Shown here: piece after piece, positions 1 through 12,314 of the stretch
Layout: each line of letters opens with the position of its first letter
Position numbering within the stretch: position 1 is the stretch's first letter
Source: Felis catus
Taxonomy: Eukaryota
Direction of reading: 5' to 3'
Assembly: GCF_018350175.1 (NCBI RefSeq)
Contig: NC_058368.1
Coordinates: 161,140,001 to 161,204,000 of the forward strand
Length of the DNA stretch: 64,000 nucleotides
Notes under the pieces: model-generated
Seen by the model: only the letters and a program-made list of their open reading frames with translations
Databases searched by the model: none
Told to the model about the DNA's origin: nothing
Program-made: the position numbers and the translations under genes

Positions 1-864
1 TTAACTGTTAAGCGAAAGTGTACAATGGGCTACCTGGCTGAAAAGCAGAAGCACAAGGAATTCATCTGCCTGCAGCATGGGATCAATGTTGTAACAGAAG
101 AAAATGACAGAGAAAATACAGTAATTCCTCAGCTCTCTTTCATTTCAGACTATTCTGTCCAAAGAATACTCATAAAGCTGTAATGGAGACAACAAGCAGT
201 ATCTGGTGGGGTTTGAGTCCTGAAGAAAAACAGATGGCCTTCAGAAAGAGACACACCAATTTTTTAAATACTTTGACTTGGGCAAATTATATTCCTACAG
301 CATTCATATAGAGATAAGATGCCTGAAGTGATGGCAGTAAACCAAGAGGACAAACGAGAATGAGAAAGCTAAAAAAGAAATACTAGATGAAGACAATCCT
401 GATTACAATTAAGTATACTCTCCACAGTACAAATTTTGAGATTCCCAATATTCTCAAGGAGAATTCTGTAATGGACCATTTAAACTATTCCTCTCCTTTG
501 AGAGGGTTGCAAATATGAAGGAAAGCCAACTTGGTATTGTCTGGAGATGTGCATAGGAAACTAGTTTACTTTATTTTTTAATTCCTTCCACATTCACTTC
601 CCTGCTTGGCAATGTTTTTTGAAACCTTTCTATGTGCTGGCCAGGAGTAAGGATTAAAATTTTTCAAAAAAAAAAAAAGTGATTCATGGGAAATACCACA
701 TTTGGGTTCAAGCAATCAACTGTAAGCATAAACAGTTTTTCTAGTCTTAGAGGTGGGAGGAGACATAATTTAAAAATATACGGCATTCCTATTGTTCAAA
801 AAGGGCCACTGTTTTCTTGAAAAAATTAAAAACCTTCTTTATTTTAGAGGTACTTGAGGTGGCT

Positions 865-1145
865 GTTTGAACTTTAGCCTAAAGAACAGAAAGAAGTCTT
901 CAGAGGGAGCATGACAACTCTTCAAACAGGTGGTGGCGGACTGTCATGTGGAAAAGAGAGTAAACACAAGATCTAGAAACAAATGGCAAAAAGTTTATTT
1001 GATTTATCTAGATTGAGAACAGTACATGATCCTCTACTGAGCAATCCATGCAGAAGCTAGAGACTACTTATCGATGACTTGTTGGTGACAGTATAATGGT
1101 TAAGTTCAAATGACTCTTCATGTTATTTTTAAACTGAGAATTACA
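865..1145 (+). mobile_element. Ancient L3/CR1 (MIR3-like 3' end) fragment
   Basis: tttagcctaaagaa...gaagtcttcagagggagcatgacaactcttcaaa...ctgtcatgtggaaaagag matches the remembered L3 3' consensus, heavily diverged. Confidence 0.55.
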
Positions 1146-1761
1146 ATATTCTTTTAAAGTTTTATAGTCCTTTAATAGTCTCATGCTTAAAAAGTTACTT
1201 GGAGCGAACACTGGCAATAAGTAGATTCATTTAAAAGTCTTTTTATAGAAAATTCAGATTTATATAATCTTGAAGAGATATTATCAAGAGACCATATAAT
1301 TGTCCATGATTTTCAAAATGGTTTATTCTGAGAACAAAGACTGATTGTTCGTATTTCCTGAAGGACAATGGGTTGAAACAATATATGAAGAGCTAGAACA
1401 GACTAATAGACTCTTGTTATTTTTAAGTGCTGGTTAGGCTTCAAAGAGAGGCTATGAAACTTTGATCACAGATCTTCTATGATAGTATAGCATCTATTTT
1501 GGAGGTTTTAGAGATTCACCTGATCATCCATGTTTCAGATAGTGTATATGTTATCGTCATGGCTTCTTCTATTCCTCTGGTGGTTCAAAATTCCCTCTTG
1601 TGTGTTCTAATAGTTTCAGGCTCCTGCTGCTGTTGGAATAGCTTCTCCATTGGTAAGCTTCTCCATTGGTAAATTTTGCACAATTTAATTTTATGATGGT
1701 GATTAGTGCTTTATTGGTTCTTTTTTGTTAAAGTCCCTAACTTTTATCCTTTTGACATTAG

Positions 1762-1984
1762 TTTTATTTTATCTTACTTTTTTAACATTTATTCATTTTT
1801 GGAAGATAGAGACAGAGCGCAAACAGGGGAGGGCTAGAGACAGAGGGAGACACAGAATCTGAAGCAGGCTCCAGGCTCCAAGCTGTCAGCACAGAGCCTG
1901 ACACGGGGCTCGAACTCACAGACCGCGAGATCATGACCTGAGCCAAAGTCAGACGCTCAACCGACTGAGCCACCCAGGTACCCC
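1762..1984 (-). mobile_element. CAN-SINE (SINEC_Fc-type)
   Basis: Reverse-complement tRNA-like head ggggtacctgggtggctcagtcggttgagcg, CT-rich tract, A-rich tail; flanking repeat ttgacat. Confidence 0.95.
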
Positions 1985-4900
1985 TTGACATCATTTTTAA
2001 ATGCTGGATTATTTCAAGAAATTAAATATCTACATATTCTACATATTAATATTTTCTAATACACATCCTATGCTACTTTCAAGTCCTATTATTAAATATT
2101 ATGAATAGCATTCTCAGGAATATAAGAGAAAATATTTTCTTATTATCAAATGTAAAAATATAACAAAACTTTCTCTCTGGTTAACACTATCTTTACTAAA
2201 TCAGGCTGAAATCAGTTATAAAATGATTTTTCATAACTGAAAAATTATAAAAATTTTTGAAAATTATAAAATAGATTTTGCAATTTCTCATTATATTGAA
2301 TGCATCATTTAATAATACATTTTTTTCTGGTTTAGTCTCATGAAATAGAAACATGTTTTATTTTCAGTTCAAGGGTGATATGGCAGCCTTATGATACAGA
2401 CTTTTATCTTGCTACTCAAGTATCTTTAACTACAAGAACTGCAAACCAAAACCACCTGTTTTGTCCTCCTTAAAATGATTTCTTCACCTCTAAAAATGCC
2501 TGCTTACATCTCATTGACAATAATGCATCATAGGCCATGCCTAGGTGTAAGAAAAGTTGAGAGGTCAGGAGGCTTATCCATACATATTGCTGCCCCTACC
2601 ATAAATGGATAAGTCAGTGTTAATAAGAAAGAAGAAAATGAATATCATAAATGCAAATAATGTCTGGCATAGGATTGAAGGGTTTCAAAATTTCAATGAA
2701 AATAAGAATATGTGAGTTAGTATCTTGAAAGATAATCTAGAGGAAAGTGTACCCTTAGCAGAAAGGTATCTCTTATCTACTGCTTGTAGCCACTGGAGTC
2801 AATGGATCATTAACTCATACTAAGCTTTTTTAAGGCACAGTAGTTCAAATACTAATGGAACTATTATTATGGATAAAAAATTCTTCAGGAAAATTCCTTG
2901 AAGAATGTTCATTGTTTCAGGTACTGTTTGGCTTATAAAGGAAATAAATACATGAAAATAGAATAGTGACACAATACCCTTGTCCCTAACAAGTTCATCT
3001 GAAACAGGTAACAAAAGAACACACACAAATAATGACAGCATGCTGATTTAAGTACAGATGGAAATGTCTATAACATTCTACTGGAATAAAAAAAAATAAC
3101 AATTGGTTGTCACTGGAAAAGGGAAAGCTCGAATAAATTAAGGAAATGTGGGATCAAAGAACATAAATATTTTTTAAATGATTAAGGTTTTGAAAACCTG
3201 GTTGGTAGAAACCATTCATTTTTCTAAAAGATATATGTAGACATGGTTTTATAAAGTTTTTAAAAGAAACTTCAAGAGGGTAATTTCAAAAATAAATTAT
3301 ATACTCAGTGTTCACTGATCCATTAAATTGCATAGTATCTCATGACTTAGTTTGTCATAATTATAATTTGAAGGAATTTCTGAAAAAAAGCATATAATAT
3401 TACCATAGCTTTAAAAATTACAACCTCATGGAGAAGATTATAACAGAAGCCTAGCAGATGATTCAAGGGTTGTGAACTTGGTTAATAGAATAAATCAACT
3501 TTCATACTGAAAAATGTCTAACACCAAATGATATCAAATGGGCATATGAACTCCCCAGCTTATTTTTCACCTTTTAATATGTACCATTGTACACCCTACA
3601 TCCCAAATTGACATCCCTGAAATAAAATCCCATCATTAACTATAACTATTAATACACAGAAAACAACAGGACAAAATTTTTCAGAGCATACTTCAGTGAT
3701 TAGAGACTCTGTAACTTCTATTATTGAAAGACTTTTTAGGTATTGCCATCTGCATAGTAAGTTAAAAAGAAATTAGTGAGCTACCATTACCATTCAAAAA
3801 TATCCTTACATCTGAATATAGACTTTAAGGGAAAAAAAGAAAAGAGAATAAAAGAAAAGAAAAGAGAAGAAAAGAATGGGGAACTACAGGTAAAATAAAA
3901 ATGAATTAATTTTGAAGGGAATCAAAAATAATAAATTAATGTAACTGCTTAATATATTCACCAATGTATAACCTAGGTAACATAAATGTCAAATGAGGTC
4001 CAGATATGACATGATTTTTAATCAAATGTAATGCATTATGTTTTCAAATTATATTCGTGGATGCCAACTACACAAGGAAGTAATAGCTAGAGTGAACAAA
4101 AGTAAAGTTACGTTGAGTAAGCTTTATTTTCCCACATCACTTCAAAGACTTGAGAAAAATGAAGCTCACCACCAACATGGATGAACTATATATACAACAA
4201 AAACATCTGATGAACATAAGGAAAGGAACTACGATTTCTGAGAAAGGTAAATGTGTTTTCACTTTAATACTAATAAATTACTAATAAATTTATTAAGAGC
4301 TTTAATGTGACAATTTTTACAACTATCATGCATATGAAAATAAAAATGGTGCAAATATTTTTCACTGAGGAGAAATCCTATTTTTGTCCACATTCTATAT
4401 TCCCACTTTCTTAGATATTTTTGAGAGTAAAACAAGATTTAGTAGGAGCTACTCATTTTTGAGCCCCTGTTTGTATCACGAAATGGAAAAGAAACTCAAC
4501 CAAAAATCCAAAGATAAGTTTTCCAAATTTTATTTACTTAGAATAAATATTATAGTGTAATATATATTATATCCTAACTCAAATATTAAGGTTAATTTTG
4601 AAATTCAGTTTTTAGTTAGCTTGAATTATTAGTTGAAAACTAGCAATTAATAGTTATCTTTGTGAAGGTTTCTTTTAATATTAATCCTCATAATTTTATT
4701 TTTATTTGAACACTTCAGTTACCTTGGGCATATTTAACAATTCTAATAGTGGCTCTGGAAAATCTAATAAGGCTCCTTCTCTATGCTACTAGTCTTGCTC
4801 ATGCAACCTCATCTCCATCTTCTTCAGCTTGAAAAGCAGTATTTTCCATTTTATGTACAAGAGAAAATGATGGAGAGACACTTTAAAATAAAAAAGTACC

Positions 4901-5137
4901 TTCTCTTTCATTATTTTTGTACTGTTCCCAAAACAAATAGAACAGATTATCTTGCCTTTCATGAGGGTGTGGGTAGCTTCATAATTTACCTATAATTATG
5001 ATTGAAAACAGTAATTTTGCATAAATCTTTTATCAGCTGTCTTAATGTCCTTTGAATTTTAGTTGTGCCTATTATAATCATATTTTGAAAATATGACTTT
5101 CGGTCATCCAAATGATAATTTTTATAAATATGTCTTT

Positions 5138-5357
5138 GGGGACCTGGGTGGCTCAGTTGGTTGAGTGCCTGGCTCTTGATTTCAGGCTCAGCTCATGATC
5201 TCACGGTTCTTGGGATCAAGAGCCATCCTGAGCTCTGCAACGATGGGGGGTGGGGGGGGTCTGCTTAGGATTCTCTCCCTCTCTCCCTGCCCTTATCCCA
5301 CTTAAGCTCTTTCTCTCTCTCAAAATAAATAAATAAACTTAAAAAAATAAAAAATGA
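5138..5357 (+). mobile_element. CAN-SINE
   Basis: Head gggacctgggtggctcagttggttgag, CT tract, aataaa tail; TSD aaatatgtctt at 5126-5136 and 5358-5368. Confidence 0.95.
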
Positions 5358-5464
5358 AAATATGTCTTAAGAAGGATGAATGTCATCACAGCATTGTGTT
5401 GCATCACGTTGGCTAAGAAATAACTCTAGCTCTCCCAATTATAGATACATCCTATTAAACAAGT

Positions 5465-5590
5465 ACCTTGAGTTTTCTAAGTCCCAGTTTTTTAATCTGT
5501 AAAGTGGGGATGAAACTTATCTTGCAAGGTTTTTTTGAAAGAGTCAGATAATAAATGTAAGTTATCAAAATGCATGACCTGTTAAATACT
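5465..5590 (+). mobile_element. MIR core fragment
   Basis: gtcccagttttttaatctgtaaagtggggatgaaacttatcttgcaaggtt...agataataaatgtaa resembles the MIR core. Confidence 0.55.
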
Positions 5591-5760
5591 AAAATGTTAC
5601 TCACCTTCTCTTCTGGTAGCCAAAATCTACATAGCTGTGTTGGTTATGCATCATTTTGAATTAGTAATTAGAAATTAAATAAAAGTATATATATTCATTT
5701 CAACAAAGCAATATATCATCTTTTGCAAAAAAGGAAAAGCTACCATCTTGATGTGAATAT

Positions 5761-5972
5761 TTTAAATTTTTTATGTTTTTATTTTATTTTTTGAGAGGGA
5801 CAGAATGTGAGCAGGGGAAGGGCAGAGAGAGGGAGACACAAAACCTGAATCAGGCTCCAGGTTCTGAGCTGTAGGCACACAGAGCCTGATGTGGGGCTCA
5901 AACTCACAGATTGTGATATCATGACCTGAGCTGAAGTCAGATGCTAAACCGATTGAGCCACCCAGGCACCCC
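5761..5972 (-). mobile_element. CAN-SINE
   Basis: Typical reverse SINE ending gagccacccaggcacccc; TSD ttgatgtgaata at 5748-5759 and 5973-5984. Confidence 0.95.
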
Positions 5973-6304
5973 TTGATGTGAATACTCTAAAAGCCAGCAA
6001 ATCTAAGACTCAGATGATGCCTTGTTGACTGTGAAATTACACCTACTACCCTCCTAGGGTTCATCCTTAACTTTCTTAACTTTAAAGTTACCCCAATTAA
6101 TACAGCTCTCTAAAAATTTTTTTGTTAAAAAAATAAATCCAATGGAAAATAAAGTAGTAGGAAACTTAGGAATAAAGTTGAAAGGAGACAAAAGACTGAG
6201 AGGAAACAATGAAATCAATCATAATTAACATTTTGCTTGCTTTTCCCTGAGAAAAATTACCTAGATACTAGCTACTTGTTTTGGTGTGAGAAGAAATGTG
6301 TGGG

Positions 6305-8417
6305 GTTTTTTGTTGTTGTTTCTATACTTGGATTTTAATTCTCTTTTGATATAAAACTATGGAACACTCTGATAATCTATACCATATTAGTAAGTATAAG
6401 AGAAAACAGGTTAAACAGTATTTATAGACTGTACCAATAAACCCTACAACAAGCATTAAATATGTTTAAAAAGTTGGTATTAATTCATAACCTGCAACTG
6501 TCAAGTGTGTATGACTTAAAGGTTAAAAGTCCACATTTTAAATAGTCTTCTCAATTATAAACCCAGATTTTCTGTAGGCTTCACAAACCAGATCAACAGC
6601 TAGAATATGTAAGAGTCAAGGAATAAATAATATACATATACATTTATACACATATATATATATATATTATATGTGTATGTATGACATATACATATAAAAT
6701 ACATACATATCAGGGCGCATGGGTGTCTCAGTTGATTAGGTGTCTGACTTCAGTTCACATCATGATCTCGTGGTCTGTGGGTTTGAACCTTGCATTGGAC
6801 TCTGTGCTGACAGCTGGGAGCCTGGAGCCTGGAGATTCTGTGTCTCCCTCTCTCTCTGCCCCTCCCCCACTCACACTCTGTCTCTCTCTTTCAAAAATAA
6901 ATAAATATGAAAACACACACACATATATCAGTTATATTACCTAATAAAACCATATTCTGTTAAAACACCTATGGACTTACTTCAAAAATTTAATCAAATA
7001 TATCAATGTGTTTTCCAATGTTGATAGAGTGATTCAGGTTTTTCACTTTCACAGATTCCAGACTGAGCTGCCAGATGCTGAAATTCTCCTTATGGGTTAA
7101 AAGTTTATTTCACATCTAAATTTTTCCTGTTTAATGGTAAATATTTGCTGAAAGTTGGTTGAGCACATAACAGCTTAGGAGTTGGAAGATTTTGGTTTGC
7201 ACAGGCTACAACATCTAATCTGTTATGTGTGGTCACTCATTAACTTATCTTTAATAACTACCAACACCAGAATCTTTCTTTTTTACAACTTTTATCAATA
7301 AAGTAACTAATCTATAGTTATCATGCTATAAATTTATTTGGTCAGCATTGAATTGCACCATTTTGTTATTTCTTTTCCAGAAAGCTTTGGTGGAGGAACT
7401 ATTGAGATCTGGTATTCTAGCTTCACTGAATCTCCCTCAAAAACCTTTTTGCTTTGTTGTCTAAAGGTGAAAGTTGGTGCTCTTCTCTGTTCTTTTGCAA
7501 GGACGCTCACCAGCACAGTAAATGTGACTTCTCCTGTTCGGCTCAAGCAGCACATGCAAAAACCCTGCATCTGAAGCTCTCATCACTTCAAAGTTGAATG
7601 AATGATAACACTTCTCAGACATCATCATTTTGTGAAAATCATCTGATTAAACTGGTCTTCCATTTATACAGAATGACATATTAGGAGCTGGTGGTCCACT
7701 CTCTACAAAGTTCATGCTGCAGAATCTCCCAATTCAGTCAACATGTTCTCTCACACTTGAATAAAATATGGTGGGTAAGATTTCTTCTGGATTGAATCCT
7801 GATCATTCATGTATCCCTTCGAAAATGATCTACTTCTTACTTGTGACATTGGAACTTATAGTCGTGTGTGTTTGAAATTGTGCTCTCTATCATTTTGAGC
7901 TTGAAACACAGCAACTACATTCTGTGATTCTAGTAATCTGCAATCTATCTTCTCATATGTTAGCCATTGACTTCCATTATGAAGAATGCTGTCTTTACAT
8001 TTCAGCTTTCTCTCCAAATCTTGACTCAAAGCTTTTCTTTTGATCCTGGTATTTCATTGTTGGGAGTTCTTGATACGATCCTAGAATTTGCAGTTTGGGA
8101 TGGCTTAGCATTTACAGGTTGGCCACTATAGGGTTGTTGATAGTTGGAGTCCACAGTGGAAAGGATTTACTGCTGCTGTAATCAGACTGTGGTGGCAATA
8201 TGGAGCCCAGGAAGCTGGCTGTGGACTGGTAATAGGTGGCTATAACCCTTTGGCTCTGGTTGGAACCAGAAAGTTGTTGAAGAGATGAAGAGAAAGCAGA
8301 GGTGGACATGGTGGTGTGAGAATTCACTGTTGAAGAGGCAGAACGTCTTTGCTCTGTGCATGGGTTAAGCTACATAACAGAAGACTATTTGGTCTGGCTA
8401 GAAGATTTAGAAGCTTC
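6305..8417 (-). pseudogene. MYOT: Processed (intronless), 5'-truncated myotilin pseudogene with 3'UTR and poly(A) remnant
   Basis: Minus-strand translation gives collinear myotilin-like peptides: SSQTK*SS...SASSTVNSHTTMSTSAF...SFLGSILPPQSDY; QDLERKLKCKDSILHNG; QVRSRS...YPPYFIQV; SDDFHKMMMSEK...FEVMRASDAG; VLAKEQRRAPTF...SKKVFEGDSVKLEYQIS; PTFSKYL...GEFQHLAAQSGICESE. CDS remnant ~7037-8417 has many stops and frameshifts and no introns. 6325-7035 resembles the MYOT 3'UTR, ending in ATTAAA then an A-rich tail (plus-strand ttttttgttgttgttt, 6305-6321). Confidence 0.93.
6712..6913 (+). mobile_element. CAN-SINE inserted in the MYOT pseudogene 3'UTR
   Basis: Head agggcgcatgggtgtctcagttgattagg, gagcctggagcctg, CT tract, aataaataaa; flanked by aaaatacatacatatc / aaaacacacacacatatatc. 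Confidence 0.93.
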
Positions 8418-8889
8418 AACAAAATGTGTTTTTATATGCATTACCTTTCCTGCAAATTCTAATATTAATTAAACAAAATGTAAGCAAAAATCATTTTAAA
8501 AACAACAAAGATGGTCTTTAAGATAAGACGAAGTCAAGTGTTTGACAGGGCTTATTATTAAAATATAATTTAAAATAATAACTTGAGTGTGGAGAAGTAT
8601 GCATTAAATTCCATAAATTCTTTGTTTTACAGACTATAATTTGGGAGTGATAATAGTTTCCATTTTATTTGAGTTTGTAAATATTGTGATGGATGTTTTA
8701 ATTTATAAATGCCCAAGGCCTCCTTGAAATATATTTATTTTAAATCTGTTCCAATTATTTATTTTGTCATATGCTCATAGGTGAAAACAGATCAGTAATA
8801 TGAAGAAGAGATCAGTTGTCAGAAGAGGTTAATTTAAACCAAAAGTTTTCTGCTTATAAGTCTGTTTTTTAAAAAAAAAGTTTTACCTG

Positions 8890-8892
<3 letters not shown>

Positions 8893-8935
<43 letters not shown>
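8893..8935. repeat. (TG)n microsatellite
   Basis: About 21 uninterrupted TG units. Confidence 0.98.
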
Positions 8936-8938
<3 letters not shown>

Positions 8939-9499
8939 ATGTAGTGAGGAAAAAATCGTGAGTTTTGGAAACAGAAGCCTGATTAGACCAAATTGAAAAA
9001 CCTAACTGGATGCCCTTAGGCATGTTAAGCTTTTCAGACTTTGGTTTCATTTTCAAAATGCTAGAATATATACCTACCAGTGTTATTATCCATATGAATG
9101 GTTCTGGCCAACCATACCATGCTGTGATTCTCAGGGTCCTGTGGCACATAGATATTTACAGTATTTTCCATAGACTGTTCACTGTCACCTGGCTTTGTCC
9201 TCAGTACGTATCTTGCTAAAGAGTCTACCATTACAATTTGGCCTCAAGACTTTTTAAGAAGGAAATCAACTTTTATTGAATGTTCATTTACTACAAATTA
9301 TTCTAAGTGCATGTATACACATTATCTTATTAATGTATGTGTATATTACCATGAAGTATTTATTTTTAATTTCCATTTTTAACAAACAAAGCAAGCCTAA
9401 GAATAACATACACACATTGGTACTTAGGAAAGTTAGGGGACTTCATCTGATATTTGCATCATCATCTTGAACTGAATACCAACTCTTTGCCAGTTTTAT

Positions 9500-9685
9500 A
9501 ATGCATATAGTTTTTCATTTATCCATAACCATAACCAGACATATGTGATTCTTACTCATATTTCACAAATGAGAAAATTGGGCACTAAAGAGCTTACATA
9601 ACTTATTACCAAAAATAATATTTCAGTGGCAGAACAGAGGTTTAACCCCGGGATCATCTGACACAAGACTTTTAGCTCCTAACAG
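9500..9685 (-). mobile_element. MIR fragment
   Basis: catatttcacaaatgagaaaattgggcactaaagagcttacataactt...agtggcagaacagaggtttaacccc resembles a reverse MIR. Confidence 0.7.
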
Positions 9686-9789
9686 CTAGTTTATTAGTAT
9701 CTCTGAAAGTGGAAAGGGTTACAGTTTAAGTGTGATTAGGGATATCCAAGTACAAGCCATCAAGATAAAAATGCAGCTCCTCTACAATC

Positions 9790-9828
9790 TTTATTTTTTA
9801 AATATTTTTTTTTAGTTTATTTACTTAT

Positions 9829-9863
<35 letters not shown>

Positions 9864-10012
9864 AAGCATGAGCAGGGGAGGGGCAGAGAGAGAATCCCAA
9901 ACAGGCTCCAATGCTGTCAGCACAAGCCCATCGTGGAGCTTGAACTCACAACCCACGAGATCATGACCTGAGCCAAAACTAATAGTCGATGCTTAACTGA
10001 GCAACCCAGACA
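9790..10012 (-). mobile_element. CAN-SINE with (GA)n tract
   Basis: T-rich tail, (GA)n 9833-9862, gagatcatgacctgagcc, cttaactgagcaaccca. Confidence 0.93.
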
Positions 10013-10349
10013 GCTCTCTTTTCCAATTTTAAAACAAATGAATATCTCTGATATATGCAGGAACTTAGAATTTTGATTTCTATTGCATTGAAGTATAATA
10101 AAGTCATGACATAATATTTATATTCTGTTATTATATAGATTCAGACTTAGCCAAAGATATTTTTCTAGAAGAATCTAAACTTTAATTCTAATTTTCATTT
10201 ATGTACTGAGGATTAAATTTAAAAAAAACACCTTAAACCAGCACACTGATGTTCATGAGTCTTACTTTTGTCATTCCGTACTTCTTTGCCCTTTATTAAT
10301 TCCTTATTCAGAGTGTAAATTTTATTATCATTCTTGTCAAAAATAATTT

Positions 10350-10546
10350 TTACTTAAGTTTTTAATTCCAGCTAGTTAGCATGCAGTGTTGTATTAGTTT
10401 TTCAGGTGTACAATATAGTAATTCTACAGTTCCATATATTACCCTGTGCTCATCATGACAAGTGCATTCCTTAATCCCCATCACCTATTTCTCCATCCCC
10501 CACAGCCCTCCCCTCTGTTAACCATCACATTGTTTTCTATAATTGA
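10350..10546 (-). mobile_element. 5'-truncated carnivore L1 3'UTR
   Basis: ttaattccagctagttagcatgcagtgttgtattagtttttcaggtgtacaatatagt...ccttaatccccatcacctattt is the reverse of a carnivore L1 3' end; 14-bp TSD gtcaaaaataattt at 10336-10349 and 10547-10560. Confidence 0.88.
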
Positions 10547-10561
10547 GTCAAAAATAATTTA

Positions 10562-10782
10562 GGGGCACCTGGGTGGCTCAGTCGGTTGTGTCCTACTTTG
10601 GCTCAGGTCATTATCTCATGGTCTGTGGGTTCGAGCCCCACGATGAGCTCTATGCTAACAGATCAGAGCCTGAAGCCTGCTTCAGATTCTGTGTCTCCCT
10701 CTCATTCTCTCTCTCTCTGCCCTTCCCCCACTCATGCTCTGTCTCTCAAAAATAAACATTAAAAAATTTTTTAAAATAAAGT
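10562..10782 (+). mobile_element. CAN-SINE
   Basis: Head ggggcacctgggtggctcagtcggtt, B-box ggttcgagccc, CT tract, A tail; TSD aaaataattt at 10551-10560 and 10783-10792. Confidence 0.95.
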
Positions 10783-11798
10783 AAAATAATTTTAAAATTT
10801 CACCATGGGCTCTATTATGCACATACATATGTAGATGGTTACTGTTAATCAGGAATATTTCAAAGTGTGAAAAAAGAAAATGCCTATCTAAGTCCATTTA
10901 TATTGAAATTTTAATATGTTGCTATTACAGCTGACATTCAAAGGAGTAATTGAAGTGTCAATATATATATTTTCATTTATCTATTTAAATATCCATCTAA
11001 CTATAAACACGCATTTATAGGCACATGCATACACACATGCATATTTGTGTGTGCGGATATGTATTTGCATATGCATATGTGTGTATACACATACACACAT
11101 AAATATAGCCGAGAGAGAGATGACAGATATTAATTTAGCTTTAACAATAATTAATACCTAGAGTAGTAGATTTTATAAATTCTACAAAGGGAATAATGTT
11201 ATCCTTACCTACAAGGTATTATAATGGAGATAGAAAGATGAGAAAACCATTTCTATCAACAAATACTTAAAACATATGAGATATAAAGAATTTCTAAGTG
11301 AATTCAAATGAAGGTAAAAATTAAATGTAATTAAAAAAGACATTTTCAACTCAATGAGTCTTATGCAGGGAAGACCTTAACTGTATAGAATACATCTAAA
11401 AGTATGAAGTAAATTTGATAATAATACAGATGTGAGAAACTACATGAAAACACAGAATAATCTGAATTTTTAAAGAGATTCTCAGGGTATCAACTTGTGG
11501 GGCTCAGAAAGGACACACTTAGAAATATGTATGTTGTAGATCTGGATGTCAAAATAAGTTAAATTGATGTAAGTGTAGAACTGCTTAACAGTGGTCTAAG
11601 GTTCTTGGAATGAATCTGACTTAGGAGTCAAAGAAGATTATTTAGGCTGAACCAGAGGTGACATTGGAAAATGTATGGGAAGACTGAAAGAGCGATATAT
11701 ACACATCCTTCCACTGATGCCTACTTTTGTTTGTAGGTTTCATTATCATTCACTTCATTATGAAGAGAACTATTGCACCAATAAAATATATTTCCCAA

Positions 11799-12314
11799 TG
11801 TGGTACAGTAGATTGAAAAACTGGCCACAATCTTTCAGTCTTCCTTATGTTCACACCCTTTCAATGTAACCTGGAATTTCTTTGCATTAAAGAGTGAAGT
11901 TTCTTTTTCCATTTCTTGAACGTAGGCTGGCTGTGTGACTCAGTTGGCCAATATAATGTAGTGTAAGTGACAACATGCCGATTCTGAGGACAGGGTCTCA
12001 GGAGTCCAGAATCAATGTCTACTCTCTCTTGGAATCCTGCCCAATTGTCATGTAAACAAGTTCCAGCTGGTCTGCTGAAGTACAAGACCATGGGGAAGCA
12101 GAGACACTCTTCCAGCTGCAGTCATTCCACAGAACCACTTCCAAGCCAACCGCACTGTTGAGCTCAGACGTATGACTGAGCCATTGAAACAAGAATTGCC
12201 CAGATAAGGCCAACCCAATTGCCAAAACACAGAATCATGAGTTAAATAAATGGTCATTATTTAAACCCTTAGTATTTCAAGTGGTACGTTATGCAGCAAA
12301 AGCTAACTGATACA
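11799..12314 (+). mobile_element. MaLR (MLT1-type) solo LTR
   Basis: Starts TGTGGT, contains ggctggctgtgtgactcagttggccaat, ends ttatgcagcaaaagctaactgataCA, typical of MLT1 LTRs. Confidence 0.85.

Noticed and set aside
7334..7570. Ig-domain ORF as a real MYOT/palladin exon
   Set aside because: It is bounded by frameshifts rather than splice sites and is embedded in an intronless copy with stops; part of the pseudogene.
11005..11100. Self-complementary alternating purine/pyrimidine tract
   Set aside because: Degenerate (CA)/(TG)/(TA) low-complexity sequence, which is common and self-complementary by construction.
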